Shown piece after piece: positions 20,421 to 29,666 of a DNA stretch of 64,000 bases. The stretch is from a virus, in the IMG/VR virus record IMGVR_UViG_3300028025_000091, positions 64,001-128,000 of that record. One strand, 5' to 3'. Every line of letters starts with the position of its first letter. The first letter of the stretch is position 1. Made by a program: the position numbers and the translations under genes. The notes under the pieces were generated by a model. That model had not been told where the DNA came from. It ran no database searches and worked only from the letters and a program-made list of their open reading frames with translations.

Positions 20421-20882
20421 ATGTACAACACTCTTGAACAACCTCGTCATATGTATGATCAATACGACTATGATTCTACATTTGAAAATCTATTAATGAA
20501 TAACAGACTGTTTTGTACTTTTACTGCTTTGGCGGATTTGGAGGAGTTGGTGAGTGAATTATCAAGTCGTTATGTTATCATGTATGATAAAATGTTTGTA
20601 TTGCATATCAAAAGCAATAACGAGTATGTTGTAACATATAATGTAGATCAAGGAAATGTAAATGACATTCCCGACAATACAATTCTGGTACACAGAAAAA
20701 AAGAATCAAATACACTTTACACAATCAATGCTTTAAACGAATTAATCAAAAGATTAAATGGTGGAGTAGTTGACACACATTTCCCAGTGAATTGGCAACA
20801 TTATAAAAATTGTATATTGTTGACCCAACACAATGAAATTAAGCAACTTAATACAAAGATTTTTAAGATCGTTGAATTATAG
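20421..20882 (+). CDS. Hypothetical replication-module protein
   Basis: 153-aa ORF between polA and SSB; TILVHRKKESNTLYTINALN. Confidence 0.65.
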   Translation: MYNTLEQPRHMYDQYDYDSTFENLLMNNRLFCTFTALADLEELVSELSSRYVIMYDKMFVLHIKSNNEYVVTYNVDQGNVNDIPDNTILVHRKKESNTLYTINALNELIKRLNGGVVDTHFPVNWQHYKNCILLTQHNEIKQLNTKIFKIVEL

Positions 20883-20911
20883 TTGGTTTCCCAAATAAAG
20901 GTTATTATATT
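20883..20911 (+). promoter_or_regulatory. Class I promoter TTGG-N19-TATATT upstream of SSB
   Basis: TTGG at 20883, TATATT at 20906. Confidence 0.65.
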
Positions 20912-20939
20912 CAAGTTGTAAACAAATAAAAAGTTATAT

Positions 20940-21767
20940 ATGAATCTAGATGCAATCAAGAAAAAACTTGAGTCTATGCAGTCTAAACCTTCATCAGGTG
21001 GTGGCTCAACCAATCAGACAAAGCGATTTAAACCGCAGATTGGAAAACAAACGGTACGTGTTGTTCCGTTCAAATACAACAAAGAATTTCCATTCACGGA
21101 AATGAAATTTTACTATGGTATCGGAAGCAAAAAAGTGATCGCATCTCCATTAAACTGGGGTGAGAAAGATCCAATTGCTGAGTTTGCAAAACAATTGCGT
21201 GGTACAAATGACAAAGAAAACTGGCGTTTGGCTAAGAAATTAGATCCGAAAGTTCGTATCTTTGCTCCTGTAATCATTCGTGGACAAGAGTCTGAAGGTG
21301 TTCATATGTGGGAATTTGGTAAAGAAATTTACGAAGCGTTCTTGCAAATGGCAGCTGACGAGGAAGTAGGAGACTTTACAGACATCATGACTGGTCGTGA
21401 TATCAAATTGGTTACTGTAGGACCTGAATCAACTGGAACTGTCTATAATAAGACAACAATTCAACCATCTATGAAAATGTCATCATTATCAGATGATGAT
21501 AAAGAATTGGAATTGTGGTTAGAGGATCAAGTTAATCCAAAAGAGTCTTACAAAATGTTACCATTTGATGAGATTAAAGCAGCGTTACAAGAATGGTTAA
21601 ATCCTGAGGATGCAGCAGAAGAAGAATTTCCTGCAGATGGTAAACCACTTGTAAAAGAAGAACCACAATCAAATTACAGCCTATCAACTAAACCAGCGGC
21701 TAAAAAATCAAAAGCAGATTCATTTGACGAACTGTTTGATGACGAAGACGACGATCTACCATTTTAA
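20940..21767 (+). CDS. Single-stranded DNA-binding protein (gp32-like)
   Basis: VR.VP, DPI.E, R.FAPVI.RG.E..GV..W.FGK, GDFTD..TGRDI; acidic tail DEDDDLPF. Confidence 0.8.
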   Translation: MNLDAIKKKLESMQSKPSSGGGSTNQTKRFKPQIGKQTVRVVPFKYNKEFPFTEMKFYYGIGSKKVIASPLNWGEKDPIAEFAKQLRGTNDKENWRLAKKLDPKVRIFAPVIIRGQESEGVHMWEFGKEIYEAFLQMAADEEVGDFTDIMTGRDIKLVTVGPESTGTVYNKTTIQPSMKMSSLSDDDKELELWLEDQVNPKESYKMLPFDEIKAALQEWLNPEDAAEEEFPADGKPLVKEEPQSNYSLSTKPAAKKSKADSFDELFDDEDDDLPF

Positions 21768-21774
21768 TTAGATT

Positions 21775-22863
21775 ATGGCTAAGACAACAAGAAAATCACT
21801 AACTGAAGCGGCTAGTAAGGAACTGAAGACCGCTTTCAGTTTAGACAAATTCAAGGCAAATAAGGGTTTAGCGTCAAATGTTAAATTCAAAGATCAAAAA
21901 TGGATCCCATTTTCGCCTGCTTTACAAGAAGCACTTTCCATTCCTGGTATTCCTATGGGTCATAACTCAATGGTTCGAGGAAAATCAAACACTGGAAAAT
22001 CTACTATGACCATTGAGGTAGCAGTTAATGCTCAAAAAATGGGAATTTTGCCTGTATTGATCGTTACAGAGATGAAACACGATTGGAATCACTGGAAAAC
22101 AATGGGGTTTGAAATCGATGATGTTGTTGATGAGGAAACAGGTGAAATATTAGATCAAACTGGATTCTTTATTTACCGAGATAGAAGCTCATTAAATTCA
22201 ATTGAAGATATTGCAGCGTTTATTATCGATCTATTAACAGAACAGAAAAAAGGTAATTTACCATACGATCTACTATTCATTTGGGACTCAGTTGGTTCAA
22301 TTCCATGTCAAATGTCAATTGAGCAAGGTAAAAATAACCCAATGTGGAACGCAGGAGCTATCGCAACTCAATTCGGGAATTTTATCAATCAACAGATTGT
22401 AATGTCTCGTAAGGAAAGCTCAAAATACACGAATACATTGTTTATTGTGAACAAAGTAGGTGTTGCTCCGGCTCTAACTCCAATGTCACAACCTAGAATG
22501 ACAAACAAAGGTGGAGATACGTTCTACTATGATGTTTCATTATGTTTAACATTTGGTAACGTTACAAACGCTGGTACTTCTAAAATTAACGCTGTTAAGG
22601 ACAAGAAGAAAGTTGAATTTGCACTGCGTACAAAGATTGCTTGTGATAAAAACCACATCAATGGAATTACTACAATGGGAACTATTGTTTCAACAGTACA
22701 CGGATTTATTAAAGATGATCCAAATGCGATTAAAAAGTACAAAGATGCACACACTAGCGAATGGGCTGACATTTTAGGACAAGGTACATACTCTGTACAA
22801 GAAGACAATAGTGAATGGGACGAGAAAGCCCCAACACCAGATTTATTTGAAAACGAAGATTAA
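21775..22863 (+). CDS. RecA/UvsX-like recombinase
   Basis: GIPMG, Walker A GKSNTGKST, Walker B FIWDSVGS, KGG, DKNH. Confidence 0.85.
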   Translation: MAKTTRKSLTEAASKELKTAFSLDKFKANKGLASNVKFKDQKWIPFSPALQEALSIPGIPMGHNSMVRGKSNTGKSTMTIEVAVNAQKMGILPVLIVTEMKHDWNHWKTMGFEIDDVVDEETGEILDQTGFFIYRDRSSLNSIEDIAAFIIDLLTEQKKGNLPYDLLFIWDSVGSIPCQMSIEQGKNNPMWNAGAIATQFGNFINQQIVMSRKESSKYTNTLFIVNKVGVAPALTPMSQPRMTNKGGDTFYYDVSLCLTFGNVTNAGTSKINAVKDKKKVEFALRTKIACDKNHINGITTMGTIVSTVHGFIKDDPNAIKKYKDAHTSEWADILGQGTYSVQEDNSEWDEKAPTPDLFENED

Positions 22864-22864
22864 T

Positions 22865-23896
22865 ATGAAAAAAGACCTCTTAAACCTCTTAGACAACATA
22901 CAAGAACACGGGGACGAAACCCCACAATCGGAGCGCTACTTGCTTATCGATGGACTCAATCTTTTCTTTAGAAATTTTAGTGCTATCAATGCCGTTAACT
23001 CAAACGGAGTCCATATAGGGGGTTTAGGAGGATTTTTTCGATCTTTGGGAGCTTTAATTCGCACCATCCAACCAACACAAGTTTATGTAGTGTTTGATGG
23101 TGTGGGTTCCTCCAACAATAGAAAAAACATTATCCCCGAATACAAATCAAACCGAAATGTATCTCGAGTAACTAAACATGAATTATTTGATAGTTTGGAA
23201 GAGGAAGACGATTCCAAAGTAGACCAAATCGTTCGCATCATCCAATACTTAAAAACGTTACCTGTTAAAACAGTATCGTTACCTAGAGTAGAAGCAGATG
23301 ATATTATCGCTTATTTAAGTGATACATTACTTACAAACCCTGAAGACAGAGCATTCATAGTATCCAGTGATAAAGATTATTTACAGTTGGTAAGCGATCA
23401 AGTAATTGTTTATCGTCCGATTGAAAAAGAATATTACACAACAGATACTGTAAGAGAAAAATTCAATGTATCTCCAAACAACTTTTTACTTTACAAGTTG
23501 CTAATGGGTGATAGCTCTGATGGTGTAACAGGTATTAAAGGATTAGGGGCAAAAGGATTATTCAAGAAATTCCCCGAACTATCAACAAGAGATCTATCAT
23601 TTGATGATTTGATCGACATTGCTGAAGCAAAATTAAAAGAACACGTAGTTTATGCAAGAGTATTACACGATATCCCATTGCTAGAAGACAAATACAGAGT
23701 TATGGACTTATCTAATCCTATGATGAGTGATAAAGATAAGATGTTTATCGACAAGTTTGTTGAAGAAACACATTTGCAATTCCTACCTCACACATTCGTT
23801 GAAATGTGTAATGAAGATCAACTTGGAAACTTAATTCGAAATACTGAATTTTGGGTTCAAGATATCTTTAAAGAATTGTTGGAAAACCAACAATAA
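22865..23896 (+). CDS. 5'-3' exonuclease / flap endonuclease (T4 RNase H-like)
   Basis: LLIDGLNLFFR, VFDG, PEYKSNR, EADDIIAY, SSDKDYLQL, MGDSSDG..GIKGLG; start at ATG 22865. Confidence 0.92.
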   Translation: MKKDLLNLLDNIQEHGDETPQSERYLLIDGLNLFFRNFSAINAVNSNGVHIGGLGGFFRSLGALIRTIQPTQVYVVFDGVGSSNNRKNIIPEYKSNRNVSRVTKHELFDSLEEEDDSKVDQIVRIIQYLKTLPVKTVSLPRVEADDIIAYLSDTLLTNPEDRAFIVSSDKDYLQLVSDQVIVYRPIEKEYYTTDTVREKFNVSPNNFLLYKLLMGDSSDGVTGIKGLGAKGLFKKFPELSTRDLSFDDLIDIAEAKLKEHVVYARVLHDIPLLEDKYRVMDLSNPMMSDKDKMFIDKFVEETHLQFLPHTFVEMCNEDQLGNLIRNTEFWVQDIFKELLENQQ

Positions 23897-23907
23897 GTTA
23901 TTATGTT
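23879..23907 (+). promoter_or_regulatory. Class I promoter TTGG-N19-TATGTT upstream of accessory cluster 1
   Basis: TTGG at 23879, TATGTT at 23902. Confidence 0.55.
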
Positions 23908-23944
23908 GAAGAAAAATAAGAGTTATATTTAAACAACAAGAACA

Positions 23945-24169
23945 ATGAAAATAAAAATAACAATTAGACAAAGAATAAAGGCATTTTTTATGTTGATAAA
24001 AAGCAAAAGTACTTTAGCGTATGTTATTGATTTAGAAGAACGATGTAAAAAAGCCAATTTTGCACCATTTAGTTTAAGAGTACCGCAAGAAGGTGAATAT
24101 TTTGCTTGGAATGAAGAAACAATACAAAATGCTGAAAATTGGCTCAAAACAAAAATTAAATCAATCTAG
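23945..24169 (+). CDS. Small hypothetical protein
   Basis: ATG supplied by the junction motif; 74 aa. Confidence 0.6.
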   Translation: MKIKITIRQRIKAFFMLIKSKSTLAYVIDLEERCKKANFAPFSLRVPQEGEYFAWNEETIQNAENWLKTKIKSI

Positions 24170-24220
24170 TTTATATAAGGTGAAAAATCCATTAAATAAT
24201 AACTTTAAACAACAAGAACA

Positions 24221-24439
24221 ATGAAACCTTTAAATCAGAATAAGATGGAGAAGCCAAAGCAATTAATTGAAGTAAACTTAGATGAATTAAGAAAGATTTG
24301 CCAAGAGTATGTTGACTTTGTTGATAGTGATGATGAATACTATGAGGACAACAATTATGACCAATACATTTTTGGAAGAGCGATGGTGGCTTTATACGGG
24401 AAAGATGTATTTAATTGGATTAACGAACGTAGAGATTAA
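24221..24439 (+). CDS. Small hypothetical protein (start 24221 or 24245)
   Basis: Acidic ORF starting at the junction-motif ATG; second in-frame ATG at 24245. Confidence 0.6.
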   Translation: MKPLNQNKMEKPKQLIEVNLDELRKICQEYVDFVDSDDEYYEDNNYDQYIFGRAMVALYGKDVFNWINERRD

Positions 24440-24449
24440 ACTTTAAATA

Positions 24450-24836
24450 ATGAAAGTAAGTGAGTTAAGAATTGGAAACTTATTGAGAGATAAAGTAACC
24501 AAAACCGAATTAAGAGTAACCAAATTAACAGAGCAAGATATTGTTACCTATGTTATTGACAGGTCAATGTTTCCCTTACAAGATGGTTGGGGAATTGAAC
24601 CAATCCCACTAACCGAAGAACGGTTGTTAAAGTTTGGGTTTGAAGATGACAGAGATAATCTAATGATACTTAGAAAAGGTGTTTTTGAGTTCTATTTCGA
24701 TAAAGTTGATAAAGATGGTATTAGTCTTTATGAAAAATGGGATGGTAATTTTTTATGTAATGTTGAATATGTTCATGAATTTCAAAACCTACACTTTGCA
24801 TTAACAGGAGAAGAACTTAAACAACAAGAACAATAA
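24450..24836 (+). CDS. Phage hypothetical protein (ELRIGN...PIPLTEE.LLKFGF...VHEFQNL type)
   Basis: Pattern typical of small Bacteroidota-phage proteins; ends in KQQEQ encoded by the junction motif. Confidence 0.7.
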   Translation: MKVSELRIGNLLRDKVTKTELRVTKLTEQDIVTYVIDRSMFPLQDGWGIEPIPLTEERLLKFGFEDDRDNLMILRKGVFEFYFDKVDKDGISLYEKWDGNFLCNVEYVHEFQNLHFALTGEELKQQEQ

Positions 24837-24883
24837 AAACATGACATTTCCAATTGTTGTTAATATGTATAATAAAACAACAT

Positions 24884-25507
24884 ATGGTGATTTATTTAAC
24901 AACTCATGTTATAACTGGAAAAAAATATATTGGAAAGGATGTATCAAATAGTCCTAGTTATTTTGGAAGTGGAGCTGAAATTAAACAGATAATTAAAACA
25001 GAAGGTAAAAGTAATTTAGTTAAAACTATACTTGAACATTGTGATTGTAAAGAAGATTTAGCTAAACGAGAAGAATTTTGGTTGCAAAAGTTTGATGCCG
25101 AAAACAATCCATTGTTTATGAACAGAACAAACAAAGCTTTTGGAAATAGTGGACTTTCGGATGAAACAAAATTAAAGATTAAAATATCTAGTTTAGGTAA
25201 ACCAAAATCTACCGAAGCAAGAAATAATATGAGTAAAGGAAGAACAGGTAAAACTAGAAACCAAACAAAAGTTAGATCAGATAAGGGAAAACCAAGAGGA
25301 ATTAGCCCATGGGTTTCAGAAAGTCTTAAAACTAGAAATAGAGAATCTACCTTCAAACCAGTTATACAATATGATCTAGAAGGTAATATTGTTAGAGAAT
25401 ACAAATCTGCCCAAGAAGCAAAAGATATTACAAATTTAAAAATCCAGAATGCTCTTTTAGGAACTACTAAAACTTCTGGAGGTTATATTTGGAAATACAA
25501 AGAATAA
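24884..25507 (+). mobile_element. Free-standing GIY-YIG homing endonuclease with NUMOD3/NUMOD1-like DNA-binding regions
   Basis: VIY...KKYIGK, YFGSG, E..W; SDETKLKI; KPVIQYDLEGN..REY.SA.EA...TSGGYIWKY; ATATGTATAA motif at 24863. Confidence 0.85.
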
Positions 25508-25517
25508 ATATTATATT
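25489..25517 (+). promoter_or_regulatory. Class I promoter TTGG-N19-TATATT upstream of helicase
   Basis: TTGG at 25489, TATATT at 25512. Confidence 0.6.
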
Positions 25518-25559
25518 TACATTAAATAAAAGTTATTAACAATTTAAAAAATAAAAGTT

Positions 25560-26918
25560 TTGACCTTAGCCAGCATAGACGAATATGGACCATCGTTCCA
25601 GATGAAAGTGATATCTTCTTTACTAACACATAAAGAATTCTTACAAAACATAAACGACGTACTAAGTGATGAATACTTTAGTAATCCGGCTCATAAATGG
25701 ATAATTAACCAAATTATACAATACTACGAAAAGTATCATACAACTATTTCAATGGACATCTTAAAGGTGGAAATGAAGAAATTGGACAATGAAGTACTTA
25801 AAGTATCTGTTAAAGAACAATTACGAGAAGCATATAGAGCTGATATTGAGGATCTAGAATATGTTCAAGGTGAGTTTTCTACATTCTGTAAAAACCAACA
25901 ATTGAAAAAAGCACTATTGAATAGTGTAGATTTATTAAAAGCTGGAGATTATGACTCGATTAAATATATGATTGAATCAGCAATGAAAGCAGGACAAGAT
26001 AAAAACATTGGTCACGAGTATAAAAAAGATACTGAATCACGTTACCGTGAAGATCATAGATCAATTGTACCTACACCATGGGAACCAATTAATGAATTAA
26101 TTCAAGGTGGTTTAGGTAATGGAGATTTAGGATTGATTTTTGGTAATCCTGGAGGAGGTAAGTCATGGACTTTAGTTGCTTTAGGTGGACATGCTGTTAA
26201 AATGGGTTACAATGTTATCCACTATACTTTAGAATTAAGTGAAGCATATACTGGAAGACGATATGACGCTTTCTTTACAGGTACACCTGTAGATCAATTA
26301 GAAAAACATAAAGCAGAGGTAGAAACCCTAACAGCTGATCTGCCAGGAGAATTGATTATTCGCGAATATCCTATGGGAAAAACCACAATCAATACTATAG
26401 AATCGCATATTAAAAAAGTAATTGATTTAGGAATCCAACCAGATCTTATCCTAATAGATTACATTGATCTACTTTCAACAAGAAAAAGAAATGTTGACCG
26501 TAAGGGAGAGATTGATGATATTTATACAAGCACCAAGGGATTAGCTCGCGAATTAAACATACCAATTTGGTCAGTTTCGCAAGTAAATCGCGCAGGAGCC
26601 AAAGATGATATTATTGAAGGCGATAAAGCAGCGGGATCATATGATAAAATGATGATTACCGATTTATCAATGTCGTTGTCAAGAAAGAAAGAAGATAAAG
26701 TTAACGGTACCGGAAGACTTCATATTATGAAAAACAGATATGGTATGGATGGTTTGACATTTCAAGCAGATGTTAACACATCAAATGGTCATATTGCGAT
26801 TGGAGATCATTATGATGAAGAAGCCGATACAGTGACACCAAAAAAACAACAGTCGAATGACTTTGACAATTTAGATATAAAAATGTTAAGTAATAAATTT
26901 TTCGAATTAAACGCATGA
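25560..26918 (+). CDS. Replicative DNA helicase (DnaB/gp41-like)
   Basis: Walker A GNPGGGKS, HYTLELSE, ILIDYIDL, SQVNR, KNRYG. Confidence 0.93.
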   Translation: MTLASIDEYGPSFQMKVISSLLTHKEFLQNINDVLSDEYFSNPAHKWIINQIIQYYEKYHTTISMDILKVEMKKLDNEVLKVSVKEQLREAYRADIEDLEYVQGEFSTFCKNQQLKKALLNSVDLLKAGDYDSIKYMIESAMKAGQDKNIGHEYKKDTESRYREDHRSIVPTPWEPINELIQGGLGNGDLGLIFGNPGGGKSWTLVALGGHAVKMGYNVIHYTLELSEAYTGRRYDAFFTGTPVDQLEKHKAEVETLTADLPGELIIREYPMGKTTINTIESHIKKVIDLGIQPDLILIDYIDLLSTRKRNVDRKGEIDDIYTSTKGLARELNIPIWSVSQVNRAGAKDDIIEGDKAAGSYDKMMITDLSMSLSRKKEDKVNGTGRLHIMKNRYGMDGLTFQADVNTSNGHIAIGDHYDEEADTVTPKKQQSNDFDNLDIKMLSNKFFELNA

Positions 26919-27862
26919 TCACAGAACTAAGACCACATTACAAACCTTTCGAGTACCAAACAGCATTCGAATTTTACAAAGATCAACACCGAGCACACTG
27001 GTTAGCAGATGAAGTTCCATTATCATCAGATTTGAATGACTGGAAACTTAAACTAAGCGAATCAGAAAAAAGCCTAATCGGTAACATCTTGAAATCGTTT
27101 GCTCAAACTGAGACGTATGTCAACGATTATTGGGCTACAAAGGTGGCGGTATGGTTCCCTAAACATGAAATCAAAGCTATGGCGTGTGCATTCGCTGATT
27201 TCGAATCGATACATGCTGAGGCTTATGCTCGTTTAAATGAAGAACTTGGGTTAGATGACTTTGAGGCATTCATGGAAGATGAGGAAGCAAAAGCTAAAAT
27301 TGATCGTCTAGTTGAATTGCCTGGAGATACATTACGTGAGAAAGCACTTTCATTAGCTATATTCTCTGCGTTTACTGAAGGTGTAAATTTATTTTCATCA
27401 TTCGCTATTTTGATGTCTTTTCAATTACGTAACTTGATGAAAGGAACAGGCCAAATTGTAGAATGGAGCGTACGGGATGAATCATTACATTCAAAAGCGG
27501 GATGTTGGTTATTCAGAACAATGATGGAAGAAATGCCTGAATTAAATGATGGAATGGAGTCTCAAATTTATGATGCTTGTGATTTATCAGTTAAATTAGA
27601 ATTTGACTTTATTGACAAAGCATTTGAAATGGGTGAAATTGAAGGTTTAAACATAAACCAATTAAAAAACTTCATCAAGGAACGCGCCAACCAAAAATTA
27701 ATTGAACTAGGTTATAACCCTTTATACAACGATATCGATCCCAATCTTTTAAAATCAATGGAATGGTTCGGACATTTAACAAGTGGTAAAACACACCAAG
27801 ATTTCTTCGCAGGAAGAGTAACAGATTATTCAAAATCAACCGCTGACTGGAGCGATTTATAA
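26915..27862 (+). CDS. nrdB: Ribonucleotide reductase class Ia, beta subunit
   Basis: HWLADEVPLSSD, ESIHAEAY, TEGVNLFSSF, RDESLH, DFFAGRVTDY. Confidence 0.95.
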   Translation: MITELRPHYKPFEYQTAFEFYKDQHRAHWLADEVPLSSDLNDWKLKLSESEKSLIGNILKSFAQTETYVNDYWATKVAVWFPKHEIKAMACAFADFESIHAEAYARLNEELGLDDFEAFMEDEEAKAKIDRLVELPGDTLREKALSLAIFSAFTEGVNLFSSFAILMSFQLRNLMKGTGQIVEWSVRDESLHSKAGCWLFRTMMEEMPELNDGMESQIYDACDLSVKLEFDFIDKAFEMGEIEGLNINQLKNFIKERANQKLIELGYNPLYNDIDPNLLKSMEWFGHLTSGKTHQDFFAGRVTDYSKSTADWSDL

Positions 27863-27871
27863 AAACAACAA

Positions 27872-29599
27872 ATGAGCAAATTAAACGTAGACACAAGTAA
27901 ATGGGTGAAGGGTAAAGATTTCCCTGAATGGATGGATGAGATTGGTACTTCAATCATCTCACAAGGATACTTACTCCCAGAAGAGAATGTATTTAAAGCA
28001 TTCAATCGAGTAAGTAAAGCAGCAGGACGTAGATTAAAACGTAAAGATTTAATTCCGTTTTTTGCTGAAGCGATGGAAAAAAATTGGTTGTGTCTTGCGT
28101 CACCTGTACTTTCAAATTTAGGTACTGAACGTGGTATGCCTATCTCATGTTTTGGGATTGATACAGACGATTCAATTGAAGGGATTGCATTAGCAAATTC
28201 TGAGTTGATGCGTTTGTCATCTCAAGGTGGAGGTGTAGGTATTGGTGTATCTAGAATTAGAGGTAGAGGTAAAGAAATTTCTGGAAACGGTGTTTCTGAA
28301 GGTGTAGTTCCATGGGCTAAAATCTATGATTCAACTATCCTAGCAACAAACCAAGGTTCAGTTAGACGCGGAGCAGCTTCAGTTAACTTACACATCAACC
28401 ACCCAGATATTGAGGAATTCTTAATGATTCGTCGACCAAAAGGAGATGTAAACCGTCAATGTCTTAACTTACACCAGTGTGTAGTGATTGATGATGATTT
28501 TATGAACAAACTAGAGGATAAAGAACCACGCGCTTTAAGATTGTGGGGAGAAATTCTTAAAACACGTTTGGAAACAGGTGAACCTTATATCATGTTTGAA
28601 GACAATGTGAACAACAATAATCCTCAAGCGTATAAAAACAATAATTTGCATGTTTCGATGACAAACATTTGTTCCGAAATTTCACTTTATACAGATCCAT
28701 TACACTCATTTATTTGCTGTTTATCTTCATTGAATTTAGCACGTTGGGAAGAATGGAAAGACTATACATTTGAAAATGGTATGACTTTACCTGAACTATC
28801 ATGTTGGTTCTTAGAAGGAGTATTACAAGAATTTATTGATAGAGCAAAGAATGTTAAATTCATGGAAAACACATACCGCTCAGCACTTAAAGGTAGAGCA
28901 ATTGGTATTGGTGTTTTAGGATGGCATACATTCTTACAAGAAAAAGGTATTCCATTTGCGGGTTTACAAGCAAATTCTTACACTCGAATCATGTCTCAAT
29001 TTATTGAAGAAGGAGCATTAAAAGCATCTCGTGACCAAGCAAAAGAATATGGCGAACCAGAATGGTGTAAAGGAACAGGTTTGAGACATACACACCATTT
29101 AGCAATTGCACCAACAGTATCAAACGCTAACATTTCAGGTGGTGTTTCACCTTCAATTGAACCAATCCCTGCAAATGTATTTAACTTAAAAACAGCTAAA
29201 GGTACATTTATCAAGAAAAACCCAACATTGGAGCGTTTATTAGCTTCAAAAGGATATAACATTGATAGTATTTGGGAACAAATTGCCAAAGATAAAGGTT
29301 CAGTAATGGGGTTACCTGATCATATTTTATCTGATGAAGAAAAAGAGGTATTCTTGACATTCAAAGAAATTAACCCATATGAAATTGTTCGCCAAAATGG
29401 TATTCGTCAAAAATATGTTGATCAAGCTATTTCATTGAATTTGACATTTGATCCATCTGATTCACCTAAATACATTAGTGAGGTACATAAATTAGCTTGG
29501 AAAGAAGGTATCAAAACATTATATTACATGCGCTCAGAAAGTATTTTAAGAGGAGATAATCTTCAACGTACTGCTGATTGTGTTAGCTGCGAAGGGTAG
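27872..29599 (+). CDS. nrdA: Ribonucleotide reductase class Ia, alpha subunit
   Basis: ASPVLSN, PISCF, GGGVG, RRGA, TNICSEI, CCLSSLN, IAPT.S, DQAISLN, KTLYY, C-terminal CVSCEG. Confidence 0.96.
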   Translation: MSKLNVDTSKWVKGKDFPEWMDEIGTSIISQGYLLPEENVFKAFNRVSKAAGRRLKRKDLIPFFAEAMEKNWLCLASPVLSNLGTERGMPISCFGIDTDDSIEGIALANSELMRLSSQGGGVGIGVSRIRGRGKEISGNGVSEGVVPWAKIYDSTILATNQGSVRRGAASVNLHINHPDIEEFLMIRRPKGDVNRQCLNLHQCVVIDDDFMNKLEDKEPRALRLWGEILKTRLETGEPYIMFEDNVNNNNPQAYKNNNLHVSMTNICSEISLYTDPLHSFICCLSSLNLARWEEWKDYTFENGMTLPELSCWFLEGVLQEFIDRAKNVKFMENTYRSALKGRAIGIGVLGWHTFLQEKGIPFAGLQANSYTRIMSQFIEEGALKASRDQAKEYGEPEWCKGTGLRHTHHLAIAPTVSNANISGGVSPSIEPIPANVFNLKTAKGTFIKKNPTLERLLASKGYNIDSIWEQIAKDKGSVMGLPDHILSDEEKEVFLTFKEINPYEIVRQNGIRQKYVDQAISLNLTFDPSDSPKYISEVHKLAWKEGIKTLYYMRSESILRGDNLQRTADCVSCEG

Positions 29600-29666
29600 C
29601 ATACGTATAACAGTAATAGGTTTTTCTTAATTGTTTTTTTTATTTTTAAACAAAACTAAACAAAAA

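Larger units (their letters stand above)
23928..24836 (+). repeat. Junction motif TTTAAACAACAAGAACAATGA, cluster 1 (23928, 24204, 24816)
   Basis: Exact copies at 23928-23948 and 24204-24224; variant cttaaacaacaagaacaataa at 24816-24836. Confidence 0.9.
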
